A stretch of 63,987 nucleotides of DNA, filler included, from Conidiobolus incongruus B7586 (taxonomy: Eukaryota): assembly GCA_000697335.1 (NCBI GenBank). It is 6 parts of 6 records of this genome, joined end to end, with 100 filler letters (N's around TTAATTAATTAA, not from the genome) between each part and the next. Parts side by side here need not be neighbours in the genome. Positions count along the whole stretch, not along the records: positions 23,090 to 33,241 come from JNEM01000130.1; positions 33,342 to 45,028 come from JNEM01000131.1; 4 more parts are not named here. The stretch is one strand, 5' to 3'. Shown in pieces: positions 25,176-36,520 of the stretch. Position 1 is the first letter of the stretch; every line of letters begins with the position of its first letter. The translations under genes were made by a program, and so were the position numbers. The notes under the pieces were generated by a model, which was not told where the DNA came from, made no database searches, and saw nothing but the letters and a program-made list of their open reading frames with translations.

Positions 25176-28100
25176 TAATTAATAAGCTTGGACATTATTC
25201 GCTCCTGAATCATTAAGAACATTTTATTTTCTCATGACGTAAGTGATAAGGAAGTTCTGTAAAGCAATAGATTCATTATAGTTAATGATTTATTGAGTAA
25301 TATTATATTCAATCTATCACTTTCATATTATTATCATTCATTACAATGTAGTTTAATAACTTGATTTAAAATATTTTTACCTTTATTAATCTAATTTAAT
25401 TCAAATGTGATATGTTTATTAGTGGCTTTGATTCCAACTAATTTATTCATTTTTATATTTTCATCATATGACTGAATTAGTTAATTACCATTAATTCAAA
25501 TAATTTAATCCAATAAAATGGGTTAATTATTAAATCTTAATGACTTTAAAATTTATTATTTATATTAAAATCTTTGACAATTAATATTAAATTTAAAATA
25601 TTTCATAGAACATTAACTATGAATAATAAAGGACTAATTAATGATTATCAAATAATTTATCTTAATTTAATATAATTTTTGTTTTGATAACAAAATATGA
25701 TATAAATATAATAAAATAACAAATAAATCAACAAATGATTTGAACGATATTAATTAGTGAATCATTAATCAAATATTACAAAACAATATCAAAAAATTAA
25801 ATTTGTTATTTTTATATATTTTTATTAAAACTTATTTAGTGATAATTGAATATCAATCAGTAAAGAAAACTTTTTAAAATCTCATTTTCAATTAAATATG
25901 CCCAAATTGAATGTTGAAATCAGGAAATTTTACTTTGTGAATAAAATCAAATCATCTTAAATTTTTATTAATAGCAAAATAAAATATGAAATATTCAATA
26001 TATATCATCAAAGCTTAAATTAATATTACATTTTTTCAAACTTTATAATCCTTGGTATTTAAATTCTAATTCAATTGATTAACAAGTTTTATTGTTATAT
26101 TCAATTTAAAGTTTACAATTTTTGTCAATATATCTGTTAGAAAGAATGAACTCAATATATTTTTCATTAAGATCATCTAATATTCAAAAATATTACAATA
26201 TATACAATGTTATCTTTAAATACACAATTCTGTTTTACTATAGTTTCAGATTTATGGCAATAAGCACCTTATCTTTATATAGTTAGATGCTTTGACTTTG
26301 GATATGTACGATTTGAATTGACAAATATCAATTAAAGGTTTATTAATATGCTATATAACAATTTTAATTATGACATAAAATACATCGATTAAACAAACAG
26401 TTGTAGAGCATAAAACGATATTGATAATTATAACTAGTAAAAATTAAATATTAATGAGGCTACAAATTAATATCTTTGCTATGTTTAAAATTAAAATCCA
26501 AAATTCGATAATTGAAAATTATGAATAAAACATAATAATCAATTATATATTATTATTATTCATATTTCAAATTAGAGAAATAAAATGTTTCTCTATATAA
26601 AATTAATATTGGTAGTAAATTAATTTTTGAAATGTTATGAGAAATTATATATTGTATATTAATTTGGCATCAAAATTTTACAGTTTGATTTAGCAATTTA
26701 AAAATATTAATGATTAAAACATAATAGTTATTATAATTTCAAAAGATATATATAAGACAATATATCCAATTACTTAATTCTATTTTTAACACATGTATTT
26801 TTTAAATATAATGTTATATTTCTATATTTAAATACCTATACAAGTTTATATACTTTGAAAAATATTATTTTCGGAGAAAGCTTTTTTAGGTAGTTTTATT
26901 ATATTAATTTAATAGTGATTAATGAATAGATAATTGCTAAATATATACTCAACTTCATTTCATATTTAGTTTTAAATTTTTTACCAGATATTATTATTAT
27001 TCTCACCCTAATAATGTCAGTGATTTTATATTGAGTATATATATAAAATTAAAATTCATAAATTACTAGATGTAAGAAATAATAATAGACGATATAATTA
27101 TATTTTTCAGTTTAGAATTCTATATTACTTATCATATTTTTATCATTTTCCTTAATGCAGTTCAATCTATAATTAATATGTATAAATAAATTATTATTAT
27201 ATGCTACGGGTTTATTCCTGAAATCAAATATAAATAATACAAAAACTATATTATATGCTAAGGTTGTGTTGCCATTGGTAGAATATACATATATAGGTGA
27301 AGATCGAAGACAGGAATATGATACCGTGTAACTAGTCGTATAATTAATTAAGTTATAAATTCGTGAATTTTCAAATTTTCTAATACAGTAATTTATTAGA
27401 CAAATTACAATTGAATTATATCATGATATAACTTTCGGTGCGAGATATGCATTTGCATGATTAAATAGTGTAATATGCAATAGTAATATTATTGATATTT
27501 TACAAATATTAATTGATTAAATACTTAAAATTTTATATGGTATAAATTGATAATAATTATAATGCTTTAACCAATTATCATATTTCAAATAATTAAATAA
27601 TCTTATAAAATGTTTGATACTTACTGAGGTTTGAATATATATGTTCATGATTTGTAAATATTGCCTAACAGACGAGTAATTATAAATCCAAACTAGATAT
27701 ATTCTAGTGAAATAAAGAAAAATTAAATTTTATATAATAAAGAAAACAGATTTCTGTGATATTGTTGTATCAAAAACTAAGTAATAAATAATGATATATA
27801 GCTGATGATCCAGATCTACTGGTTACACAATAAATTATTTTTCAAATATTCAAGAAACCACGGATTTTATAGTTGTCTTTAATTAATTTTATGAATTATA
27901 TTGACATAGGTGGACAAGTGGAAAAATGACTTGATCAAAATGTATTATTGAGACTATTATTTAAATAATGAGTTTTCCTGAATTTTAATATTTTAAATTT
28001 TTAATGATTTTAGTTTGAAATAAATTTAAGTTGTTTGTATTATTATCAATTCTAGTTAAATTTTTATTCTTAATTAATATTTTGCTAAAACAATATGTAT

Positions 28101-28788
28101 AATATAAAGTTTGATTTAATTATCTAATTTTCACTTATATATTCAACACAGTAATTTTAATTATCGGAGCAATATTTTAGTTTTTTTTTGAAAAAGGAAA
28201 CCGATAAAATGTACAGTAATCCAAACTGGGTGATTTAATTTTATATCAATTAGATTTGATTCATGGCTTCAAATATGAAACAAAACAGTTAATTTCAACA
28301 ATATATATTTCAAAACAAGACTAAAAGGATCATTACAGGTACGTTAGTAAATATATCAGATTTAATGTTCCTCAAAAGCCCATAGTATAATTTTCTTTGA
28401 ATTTCTATTACTACAATCATGATTGTTGAAATTAAAAATCTTGATGGTGTGTAATGAATAGTAATTGAAATTTATGCAATTGCAATATCATCAATTAAAT
28501 AATTAAGTTTTACATGATTGTTATATTGTTAATTCATTATGATTTGCTAGAGCGGATTAGATAAAGTATAAATAATAGAAAAGTTTTTAATATCACTAAC
28601 ACGAAATATGTCAGTAAATAGAGTAGTTATATGAAAAATTTCAATTTAAAATTGATAAAAAATCAATTAATTAATATCAAACATTCACCCTCTAAAATAA
28701 AAAATTTGTACCACTTGAATAAAAATAAAAGATCCTCGACTATAAGATATATTTTGATGAGTATTTCTACTTTCAAAATATTGAAATA

Positions 28789-29775
28789 ATGTTCAAACTA
28801 AGCTATTTATTCTATATTCTAGAGGTGATAAAATATACTCTAGCCATAATACTGAATGGTGTGGTGTTGTATATCTCTGTATATCGATTTAGGATTAAAG
28901 AGGTTGATATATTGGTTTCATTCATATTGTGTATTGCTGATATACTCTTAAGTGTATATAATTCTATCCACATCCTCTTACATTGGTCAACAAATACCAA
29001 AATTAATTCGAACGTAACATATTGTAAAACTTATTATGGGATGGGTTATACTTTGGCAATCATCGGGTTTAATAGTTTAAATACTTTGGGTATCGTTAGG
29101 TATATGGCCATTTGTAAAAAAAAGTTAATGAGCAAAAGACATGCAATGATATTATTGGTAATTGGTTCGATATTTCCGGTGTCTCTTGCGGTCTACCTAT
29201 CGATTAATATTGGTATACATGATAATCATGGTTATATATACTGTACACTTAATTTTTCTAGGCATTCTGTTGCTTCATATTTAGGATTATGTCTAATTTT
29301 CCAAGCAATGATTTGTTTATTTATTCTCGTATATTGCTATTTACACATATCATTGTTTTATTATAAATCTTTGAGCTTTTTCGAATTCACAAATCCGACT
29401 GATGACAAGAGATTTTCATTGGAAAACAATGTTAACCCAAACGACCTTTCAGGAAACCATGAATTGTACGATATTGATGGAGCAATACTTAAGCAAAAAA
29501 TGTTGAAGTACAAAGTGATATCTGCACTCAAAATTCAATCAATGATACTCATCTTCATGATAGAGATATTGCCCACTGCATTGATGTGTATTATTAATTT
29601 CTTTACTCCTATGAGAAATTTTGAGAAAATAGAAGCTTGGGGTATATTTCTAACAAACTTCATTCCATTAACCAATCCAATAATGATATTATTTTTACAC
29701 AATGAAACTAATCAAGAATTTAAATTTTTTTTATTAAAAATTAAGATTAAATTAATAAAGTTATTTTTTAAATAA
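28789..29775 (+). CDS. Seven-transmembrane class-A (rhodopsin-like) GPCR-like protein, 328 aa
   Basis: Seven hydrophobic segments. LN in TM1, IADIL in TM2, Cys at the top of TM3 and in ECL2, VRYMAIC (DRY-like), E.LP in TM6 and TNPIMIL (NPxxY-like) in TM7. Confidence 0.82.
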   Translation: MFKLSYLFYILEVIKYTLAIILNGVVLYISVYRFRIKEVDILVSFILCIADILLSVYNSIHILLHWSTNTKINSNVTYCKTYYGMGYTLAIIGFNSLNTLGIVRYMAICKKKLMSKRHAMILLVIGSIFPVSLAVYLSINIGIHDNHGYIYCTLNFSRHSVASYLGLCLIFQAMICLFILVYCYLHISLFYYKSLSFFEFTNPTDDKRFSLENNVNPNDLSGNHELYDIDGAILKQKMLKYKVISALKIQSMILIFMIEILPTALMCIINFFTPMRNFEKIEAWGIFLTNFIPLTNPIMILFLHNETNQEFKFFLLKIKIKLIKLFFK

Positions 29776-31334
29776 AATTTAAAAACAATTATAATCAAAT
29801 ATTTTAAAATTTTCAAAATATCTAATACGATTATAAGATATTATCAATATAATAAGTCTTACATCGTACTAAATATATAATATAATAGTTAATATTAATA
29901 GAGGAGAATTTTATATTATTAATAAATTTTATATGGATTTTAACCTTGTAATTTTTTCCATTATTATTTAAAACCTATGAATATACCATATTCGAATATA
30001 ATGCTGACATTTTCTAATAAACCTCAGTAATAATTAATTTTATACATCAGATTTTTATATATACTCTAAAAACGGATTATTTTCTAAATAAATATATCAT
30101 CAATCAAATTTTATTATAAAGCTCATAATAAGCCATGCTTATTATAATTATACTAATATATATATATATTAATAAATTCAGAAAATAATTATTTAATAAT
30201 AATTTTATTGATTAATATTGAAAATTTATATTATTTTTTTTCACTTAAAATAGAATATTTAATAACAAATATTTTTTAATAATTTTATAAATTAAATTAT
30301 TTTATTATATTGATTTTTATAATTTAAATTCAAGAAAGTTATTTAAAGATTTATCTTTAATATAATAATAACCAGATTTATATAAAATAATTAATAATTT
30401 AAAATTTAAAATTCAAAACATATAAATCAGAAAATTAATTAAATAAAGCTATGTATCTTATCAATATGTATTATAAATTTGAATACTTAAAAGTTTATTT
30501 ATATTATTGTATACATATAATTATATTATATAAATATCCAAATAAAAATTTAAAATAATAAAATATTTTGATTATAAAATGAAATTTAATTTTAAATATA
30601 TATTTATATAATAATATAAATTATAAAATGATAAAATATATATCATAATTAAATTATATAATTGATAATAGAATGATAAATAATAAATTAATAAATGGTA
30701 GTTATATATTTGAAAATATTAGCCAAATTGCTTGATTTAATTACTTAATATTTTTCAATATAAATGTAATATTAATAAAAATTTAGTTCAAAAATATTAC
30801 TATTATTTGAACTGAATAATATGTTAATATTGAATAAGTAAAAATATTGTTTAGTTATATTATTTAAAATATTTATTAATATTAGAATTCAATATATAAT
30901 ATAATAACAAAATAAATAAATTAAATAATTTTTTATTAATTATGATAATTTTAATTAAATTTCAAATTGTACATAACATAATGCAATGAAAAATATTTGA
31001 TATTTAAATTTTATCGAGTATAAAATGATGATTATTTGGAATTTTTTTTTAAAAAATAAAATAACTAATAATTTTGAGCATTGCATTTTGTCTAAGTGGT
31101 TGAAAATTCTTAATATTGTTATTTTATTTTAACAAGGTTGCCTAATCTATTCTCCCATAAAAATTCGTAAACATGCAATAATCAGTTGTCTATTGGTCAT
31201 AGTTATCATGATTTCTTAAACAGATACACTCGGTAAATAATATTATAATCAAAATTTAAAATAAAGTAATATTAAATGATTGTATATATTTATTGTTTAG
31301 AAATTTATTTCAAATTGAAAATTTACGCAACAAT

Positions 31335-31618
31335 TTACAAGCCAGCTTTAAGTTTAGCTAGTTTCATTACAGTATATAATTTAGTAGCGAACATCATATC
31401 TCCATTGAGCTTAATTTTACCTTGCGTGAAAGCTTTTTGACATTGATTGTCCAAGTTTCTAATTTACTAGCTTTGTTTTTCAAATCGAATTGGAAAATTC
31501 CTTTAACTTTATTAATCAATTGATCCAATACTTTTTCAGGAAAACTTTTGAGAGCGGAATCAATTAATATGAATACTTCAGAAGCTTTGAATCCTTCAGC
31601 AGCAAGTGGACGGGATAT
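31335..31618 (-). pseudogene. SCP2 sterol/fatty-acid carrier protein pseudogene with internal deletion; absent from the ORF track
   Basis: Frame A reads (ATA)SRPLAAEGFKASEVFILIDSALKSFPEKVLDQLINKVKGIFQFDLKNKASKLETWTINVK. At about 31433-31441 it jumps to frame B, QKAFTQGKIKLNGDMMFATKLYTVMKLAKLKAGL*. The middle of the domain is missing and the expected start codon reads ATA. Confidence 0.85.
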
Positions 31619-33241
31619 TGTGATATATAGATTATTATATAATGATGATGATAGTATTTGAATATCCTACTCATTCAGCTTTTATACTCCAAATTGACTG
31701 AATTTTAGAATTTTACAAGCTTATTCCATTCCATTGTTTTCGTTATTGAAGTGCTTTATTTAATGTATTTGAATCATTTTGATATTCATTATTTACTATT
31801 GAAAATAAATAAAATAATTTCAAATTTCAACAAATAGTAGCTATTGAATTCGAAAATGGTAAAGGACAAAATATAACAATTATTACCATCAATGAAATTC
31901 CAAAAGAACATAGTTTTATATATTCTGATTTTATATACATATATCTTTTTGAAATTATAATTTTTTTACTGAACTCGATGCAATTATGTATGAAATTCGC
32001 TTTTCAGTCAATTTTTCCATTCATTCATAACTGCTTTAAATCGAGTTTCAATTTACAATATTCTAATTACTCACACAATCATCACACTACTCAGAAACGA
32101 GAAAAAGCTGAATTTTAATCAAAATTATTTTCAAAATATATCTAATGAATTACAGGTGAAGTTTGTATAGCTGATATTTATCTAACTAATTTTTTTGAAT
32201 TGAAGTTTCTAGGATATAAATTTGATATTATGCAAGATGATATACAATCAATAATACATATTGATTAAATACAAAATTTGTTAGAGTGATTCTTACAATG
32301 AATTCTATTGTAGGTAACGTGAGATAGATTAAATAATGAACTTATTAATGCAGAAGAGTATGAGTGATGCCGCTTATTGAAATTTATGCTATTCGGTAAA
32401 AAATGTGTATATTTGCACCTTAATGATATTGTTATAATACTTGTGAGTAATTATAACGGAATGGATACAAAGTATATATAATGGTTTAACACAGCCGTTA
32501 TATGATCGCGATTAATTTAAAAATTTAAAGATTCTACCACTGACAATATAGTTGTTCATCATATATAATTCATAAGAATGACTTATTTTTCTACCCACAT
32601 TAGTAATTTCGCCATCAATTGTTATTTATCTGAGTAAAATATCGTTCCTATTATATAAGATCAATACATGTCTATTAATTATTATTGATTAATTTGAATA
32701 TTGAAATATTAAGTAATTTGATCGATTATTGTAAATATCTTGATACCTAAAATTTTTTATTATTTATTATGTTCATTTAATATTCATCAACTTTAAATTT
32801 TTTTGGAAATTTAATGATAAAATTATCAATAAAATATCATGTAAGTTAAATAATCTTAGTCTCTCTCATAATCAGCTATTATAGCATTCTTTATTGCCTA
32901 ACTCCCAAAGCTTTTCAGCTATTCAAATATAGATTCAATCTCTTTAATTATTTTGTTTTGATAAAGTTTTGTTATATATGTTTTCAAAAATTTTTCAAAA
33001 TATCTTAAAATAAATGAATTTATAAGGATTAATATATTATTAGAAAGGTAAATAAGATAATATAAATCAATAAATTAATTATATAATGCTATATTATTTT
33101 AAGCAAATATATAAAATTATATTACAATATAATCCAATATTTATCCTTTTAATCTAGGCTTACTAACTAATAATATTCTTTATATAATTAATATATTATA
33201 TATAATTATTTTTATCCATATTAAATATAATTTAATTTATA

Positions 33242-33341
33242 NNNNNNNNNNNNNNNNNNNNNNNNNNNNNNNNNNNNNNNNNNNNTTAATTAATTAANNN
33301 NNNNNNNNNNNNNNNNNNNNNNNNNNNNNNNNNNNNNNNNN
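33242..33341. other. Assembly gap spacer
   Basis: 44 N + TTAATTAATTAA + 44 N. Confidence 0.97.
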
Positions 33342-34813
33342 TATATATAAGTATAATAATTTTAAAAATTACTCTTTTTAATTTAAAAAAATAAATTATA
33401 ATATATATTGAATATATAAATCAAACTTTTTAAAGATTTCATAAGTAAAATTAATTTAAAAATGCTATTCTATTAAGTATAATCATCAGATTACAACGTA
33501 TATAATTATAATTTCTTTATGTAATTAAAAAATAAACTTATAAAAAAACCTTTTGTAAATAAACTTAATTGGTATTTGAAATATCAAATTTTAGTCTTAA
33601 TAAAAAAATCATTAAATATTAAAAATTTTCCAAGAGTATAGCAAAAAGTTATTAAAATAAAAAAAGTACCGATTTATATTATATATTTTTTTTGTAAATT
33701 ATATATCAAAATATTTGCTTATTTTTAATATCAGAAGAATCTCATTAATTAAATTCCAGAGTAATAATAATTATAATTTATAATTATAACTTTCTTATTA
33801 TAAATTATAAACTTATTCATTATTACGGATTGATTTCAAAAACCTTTTAATTTTACCAAAAATAGAGTTATAATCAATATAATTTTGACTATTTTCATCA
33901 GATACTATTACTTGTAAATTATATAAAATAGCTATTTAATATCTGTCAAATTAAATATTTGAATAATTTCATTTATACTGAATATAATTTTACAAAATAA
34001 AATGAAATTCTTATTACTGAGATTTAAAGGATCACATTCCAAAAATAATAGAATAATCTTCATATCTTTATTAATGAGTATATATGCTTATTATATAACT
34101 TTAAAAAGTAGTAACTAAAAACCAATCAATTTTAAATTTTATAATATTGGTAAGTTAATAACAATATTACTATTTCAGAAAAAAAATTGAAAAATTTTTG
34201 AAATGAAATAATGGAAATATTGTTTAAAGTGCTAATAATATAGATTTATTTGAAATATATATATATATATATATATTAAATTTTAATGATTTTTTCAAAT
34301 CTAAATACATTAATTGAATTTCAATTAGTTTTTCACATTAAATATAATTATGAGAAATTTCAAGAAATTATTAAAAAAAAATATAAATTATAATTACCGA
34401 ACTAAAATGGAATTACTAAATTTAGTAATGCCAAAATGAGAAATTGGTGAAGCTATATCATATTGATTTAAATATTTTTATCTTAAATTTACATATAATA
34501 TTAATATTTTAATGTGATTTAAAAAAGTATTTCAAACAGAAGTAATAGTAATTGAATGCTTTTATCATTGATTAACTGTTGTTGATTTTAGTTAGTACTT
34601 AATACCTCAATACGTGATCCTTTAAATATCAAATTTTCTATTTTTCAAATAGGATTAAATTAGTCTCAACAGGTATTATTACATAATTAATTTTGTAATA
34701 AATTGTAAGATTTATTACTGATTAAGGGATAATAATTGATGCTATTAATTTAAAATAAAAAACTATATAAATAGTTCAAATATTACATAGATGATGTTCA
34801 TTATTTTTTAAAA

Positions 34814-35857
34814 ATGTTTATCAATTGGGAACGCTATATCAATCTCTTTAAAAGGTTGAGCCTACAACCAAAGGATTTAACTGGTAAATATGCTTTAATT
34901 ACTGGAGGAAATAAAGGTAATTCCTAATATTATATTATATATTTATTCTATACATTCAAATGATTATAGGTATCGGATACAACACAGCAATTCATTTAGC
35001 CAGGATGAATTGTCGCGTGACAATAGTGAGTCGAAATGAGCCACGATCCGCCCAAGCAGTTGAAATGATTAAACATATTACAGGGAATAAGTATGTAAAT
35101 TATCAAATTCTAAATCTTAGCAAGTTTCAATCTGTGAGACAGTTTACTGAAAACTTCATTGAGAATAATGGCAAGTTAGACTATTTGATTAACAATGCTG
35201 GAGGTGTATATCATGAATTTTCTAAAACGAGTGATGGATTCGAACAAACTTTGCAAGTAAATTACTTAGGCCCTCTGCTACTTACTTTGGGACTTTTACC
35301 AGTAATCAAAAAAACAGAAAATTCAAGAATCATTATTACTGCAAGTGATCGTAATATATTGTGTTCATTTAATTGATTGATTGCTCATTTATTGATTAGT
35401 TCACTTGGATACTACTTTGGAACTACCCAAAGATCTCGAAACCAATCCTAATAACTATAATGGAATGCTTGCATATTCCAAAACAAAGTTGATGAATGTT
35501 ATCACAGCTAAACAACTCGCGCACAAACTTGCCAATACTGGTGTTCTCGTATGCTCAGTTCATCCAGGATTCGTTTTCACCAATATTGGGAATACTAACT
35601 TGCCAAACAATTGGGGTGGGCAATTGTTTGGACTCCTCTACCCCTTGTTGCAGTTTATCTTTGCAAGACGAGGTGAGCAAGGAGGTATTTCGACCGCATA
35701 CACTGTAGTTGCAGATAATATTATCCCTGGTGAGTATTATGATAGTTGCAAGGTTGCTTATTCCAATCCTCAAGTCAAAGACCAGAAATTAGCTCAGCAG
35801 CTATGGGACGAAAGCTTGAAATTTATTCAGTTTGATGAAAAAGATCTAGCCAAATAA
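34814..35857 (+). CDS. Short-chain dehydrogenase/reductase, RDH12/WWOX-like, 3 exons (34814-34916, 34970-35350, 35400-35857), 313 aa
   Basis: DLTGKYALITGGNK|GIG, LDYLINNAG, DGFEQTLQVNYLG, RIIITAS, YSKTKLMN and VHPGFV.T. GT-AG introns join the two ORF-track pieces in frame (942 nt). Confidence 0.92.
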
Positions 35858-36520
35858 TATAATGAAGCTTATAAGATAATTAAATATATGTGCTTTAAAA
35901 ACTTGGAATAAATTGAATAATAAATACACAATATCAGTATTATATATCATTTTATCTGATCAAGTAATATTTATTCCAGTGAAAATTGATTGATATTAAA
36001 ATTCGAAATATAATAATTTCAATTTATGATTTCATTTTACAATTATTATAATGAACCACGATATATATAATTATTCCCTTAAATTCTGGCCCAATAAAAT
36101 ACTTAAAGAAATTGATTCAAGATTTTATAAATTTGGACCTCGTTCATCTACAGAACAGAGTATTTGATATAAAATAATGATATTATTATAGATGATTAAA
36201 TCAGTGAATTATAATTATTTTCATTTTTCAACTAATTCTTATATTTTATCAAATGATATGGCATTATAGATATTTTGATTACATTTGGTCAACTTGGGTA
36301 TCTAGTATATAAATTTTTATCAACAAAAACCATAAGTTGTATTTCATATATCTCGAACAACAGAATACTTGTTGAAAGGTTCAATTTAATCTATTAAATA
36401 AATTTTTTAAATCACCACCATATTAAATAATTAATAAACATTAAAAAAAATTCAGCATAAAAAATAATCTTAATATATATAAGACAAAAATGTCCAAGGT
36501 TACTATGATTCATTCATTGC

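Noticed and set aside
34255..34430. (TA)n run and the AT palindrome ATTACTAAATTTAGTAAT as transposon ends
   Set aside because: Expected by chance at this base composition; no paired TIRs, TSDs or transposase were seen.
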